A DNA stretch of 64,000 nucleotides from Polyangia bacterium (GTDB lineage: Bacteria; Myxococcota_A; Polyangia; Fen-1088). The stretch spans positions 7,366-71,365 of the forward strand of contig DASRQZ010000072.1 of assembly GCA_035696125.1 (NCBI GenBank), in the 5' to 3' direction. The translations under genes were made by a program, and so were the position numbers. The notes below the pieces were generated by a model. That model was not told the DNA's origin and made no database searches. It saw only the letters and a program-made list of their open reading frames with translations. Numbering within the stretch: the first letter of the stretch is position 1; each line of letters opens with the position of its first letter. This document shows, piece by piece, positions 60,515-64,000 of this stretch.

Positions 60515-60946
60515 TCACCGCGCCACCAGCCAGGACGGGACCGTCCGCGCCAGCACCGCGACGGTCAGCGCTCCCAGGGCCACGAAGGTCGCGGTCGCGA
60601 CCAGCGAACGGGGGCGCACGCGGCTGATGCCGCACACGCCGTGGCCGGAGGTGCAGCCACCTCCGACACGGGTTCCGAACCCGACCAGCACTCCGCCCAC
60701 CAGGGCCACGGCCAGCGGCTGGCCCGGTACCGCCGGCGGCGCGCGCAGCACCGACGCGATCAGCCCGGCGGTGATCAAGCCGAGCAGGAACGCCAGCGGT
60801 TCCGATCGCCCGCCGGCCTCGTCGCCCGCCAGGGCGGCACGCACGATCCCGCTCACGCCGGCGATGCGCCAGTTGGCCGCCCAGTAGAAGGTCGCGGCGA
60901 GCCCGATGAGCACGCCGCCGAGCGCCGCTGACCAGAGAGCTGACAT
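60515..60946 (-). CDS. YeeE/YedE-family (DUF395) sulfur-compound transporter, half-size subunit
   Basis: From MSALWSAALGGVLIGLAATFYW. GFGTRVGGGCTSGHGVCG (GxGCTSGHG motif with conserved Cys). 143 aa. Confidence 0.7.
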   Translation of the reverse strand: MSALWSAALGGVLIGLAATFYWAANWRIAGVSGIVRAALAGDEAGGRSEPLAFLLGLITAGLIASVLRAPPAVPGQPLAVALVGGVLVGFGTRVGGGCTSGHGVCGISRVRPRSLVATATFVALGALTVAVLARTVPSWLVAR

Positions 60947-61151
60947 CCGAACCTCCCTTTGCCGCCGCGACCCCCGCGGCCGCGGCGTCGTCAAACAAGA
61001 CAGAGATCTTTTTTAGCGAACATCGGCGCAGAGTCAAGAAGCCGGCGCTCCCCTCGGCGCAACGCCGCCAGCCTATCACTCCCTCGACATCCGCGACCGA
61101 CTGGGAGGGACGCAGCTCAGCACCAGGGGAACACCCTGATCGGAGGCACCT

Positions 61152-61342
61152 GTTGATACCTGACGAATCCCCACGAAAACGATTCATCCGTCGGCGTCGG
61201 CGTCGGCGTCGGCGATTCTGGCTCTGTCCCCGTTCGGGTCGCCCACGCTGACGCCGACGCCGATGCCGACGGGAAAGACGGCGCCGGACCGACTCGCGAA
61301 CGAGATTCGCGGGGATTCGTCAGCGTTGATACGGACCAGGGG
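61152..61342. mobile_element. MITE-like non-autonomous element: 8-bp target-site duplication (GTTGATAC) flanking perfect 13-bp terminal inverted repeats, with an internal (GTCGGC)4/(GCCGAC)3 hairpin
   Basis: Left GTTGATAC (61152-59) + CTGACGAATCCCC (61160-72). Right GGGGATTCGTCAG (61321-33) + C + GTTGATAC (61335-42). Internal core ACGCTGACGCCGACGCCGATGCCGACGGG is shared with the other three hairpin elements. ~174 bp, non-coding, in the divergent region between the yeeE-like and S8 peptidase genes. Confidence 0.6.
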
Positions 61343-61455
61343 CATGGGCGAGATTTATCACCACAACGCCGGCTTGACACCCAGTTCCCGATCGTGGAAC
61401 CGTCGCCGGGCGCGCGAGAGGCGCCTGGTCGCGGAGGGCTCCATGTCAGAGTCAG

Positions 61456-62376
61456 ATGACGGGTCGCAAGCGGTTCGGTGGCGCAGGGTCGATGCCCGCA
61501 CCTGAGACCAGCCGCGTGGCCGACGAGTGGAACCTGTCCTGGCACCACCGCACGCTGGGCATCGCCGATCTGTGGCGCCGGCACCTCACCGGGCGCGGCG
61601 TCACCATCGCGCTGCTCGACACCGGGCTGGCGCGACCCGACGGGCTGGACCGTGCCGGCTTCCAGTACTTCGACGCACAGGGGACGCCGGCGGAGCCGCA
61701 CGATCCCAGCGGCCACGGCACCTGCTGCGCCAGCGTGATCGCCTGCACGCGCGGCGGCTCGCTGGGCATCGCACCCGACGCACGCATCGCCAGCTTTCGC
61801 GTGCTGGAGACCGGCAACGACGCCGAGGACGTCGAGCGCGCGCTGGCACACATCCTGCGCGACCGGCCCGACGTCGACGTCCTGTCGTGCAGCTTCGTGA
61901 TCGACGACGCGTCGCCGGCATTGAAGGCGGCGGTGCGCGCGCTGTGCAGGGATGGTCGCGTCGTGATCGCGGCGGCGGGCGATCGCCTGGACCTCGATAG
62001 CGGATTCCCCGAGCTGACCCCGGGCGCGATCACCGTCGCCGCGGTCGACGAGCGGGCCCGGCCGCTGCCCGGCGCCAAGACCGGCGCCTGGATCGACCTG
62101 GCGGCTCCCGGGCAGGACCTGCCCGCGGTCGCGCCCGGCCTCGACCACCTGGTGCTGTTCGGCGAATCGTCGGCGGCGGCCGCGGTGGCGACCGGCGTCG
62201 CCGCGCTGGCCCTGTCGACCCGGGCGCCGGGGCCGGCGCGCCGGCGGCTCGGCGTCGCGCTCGAGGGACTGCTCAAGGCGACCGCCGTCGCTCCGCCGGG
62301 CGGCGATCCCGACGCCGTGGGCGCGGGCGTGATTGATCCGGCGCGCTTGATCCAGGCCGCCGCCGCCATCCCCTGA
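61456..62376 (+). CDS. Subtilisin-like (S8) serine peptidase, compact, without an obvious signal peptide
   Basis: Catalytic triad contexts in the Asp-His-Ser order: TIALLDTGL (Asp), HGTCCASVIA (His), GESSAAAAVATG (Ser). 306 aa, or about 294 aa from MPAPETSR. Confidence 0.8.
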   Translation: MTGRKRFGGAGSMPAPETSRVADEWNLSWHHRTLGIADLWRRHLTGRGVTIALLDTGLARPDGLDRAGFQYFDAQGTPAEPHDPSGHGTCCASVIACTRGGSLGIAPDARIASFRVLETGNDAEDVERALAHILRDRPDVDVLSCSFVIDDASPALKAAVRALCRDGRVVIAAAGDRLDLDSGFPELTPGAITVAAVDERARPLPGAKTGAWIDLAAPGQDLPAVAPGLDHLVLFGESSAAAAVATGVAALALSTRAPGPARRRLGVALEGLLKATAVAPPGGDPDAVGAGVIDPARLIQAAAAIP

Positions 62377-62387
62377 CCCGGAGGCCC

Positions 62388-64000
<1,613 letters not shown>

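Overview
This is a ~70% GC chromosomal segment. The PEGA-domain Ser/Thr kinase, the sigma-54 enhancer-binding protein, the ECF sigma/anti-sigma pair, the tail-collar paralogue, and the Arg/Ala/Gly-rich spurious antisense ORFs typical of high-GC DNA all suggest a myxobacterium or related deltaproteobacterium. I can support about 60 protein-coding genes, one tRNA-Phe(GAA), no rRNA and no CRISPR. Housekeeping genes (guaB, glnD, gshB-like ATP-grasp, pcnB, queC, class I-beta DAHP synthase, ppiB, serA, a PBP transpeptidase) are interleaved with accessory modules. The most unusual content is as follows. (1) An 887-aa membrane-anchored protein built from four tandem DsbA-like thioredoxin domains, each with its own CxxC motif. 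(2) A caspase (C14) domain fused to a predicted outer-membrane beta-barrel, followed by a Cys-rich lipoprotein and a translationally coupled ECF sigma/zinc-finger anti-sigma pair. (3) Two convergent operons containing five SAM methyltransferase domains (one fused to a GT2 glycosyltransferase), a sigma-54 NtrC-type activator, and a PEGA Ser/Thr kinase that has no canonical start codon. (4) A larB-larC pair with no larE or larA in the window; LarC carries a long His-rich insert encoded by a (GTGTTC)n microsatellite, and a PAS protein with a HisKA domain but no ATPase domain lies beside it. (5) A family of intergenic hairpin elements with (GACGCC)3-4/(GGCGTC)3-4 arms at four loci; one has perfect 13-bp terminal inverted repeats and an 8-bp direct duplication (MITE-like), and another sits in a 166-bp tandem duplication that copies the 3' ends of both flanking convergent genes. 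(6) A ~255-bp nested perfect palindrome between an MFS gene and the methyltransferase operon. Evidence comes from motif reading and domain recognition in the ORF translations; no database search could be run.
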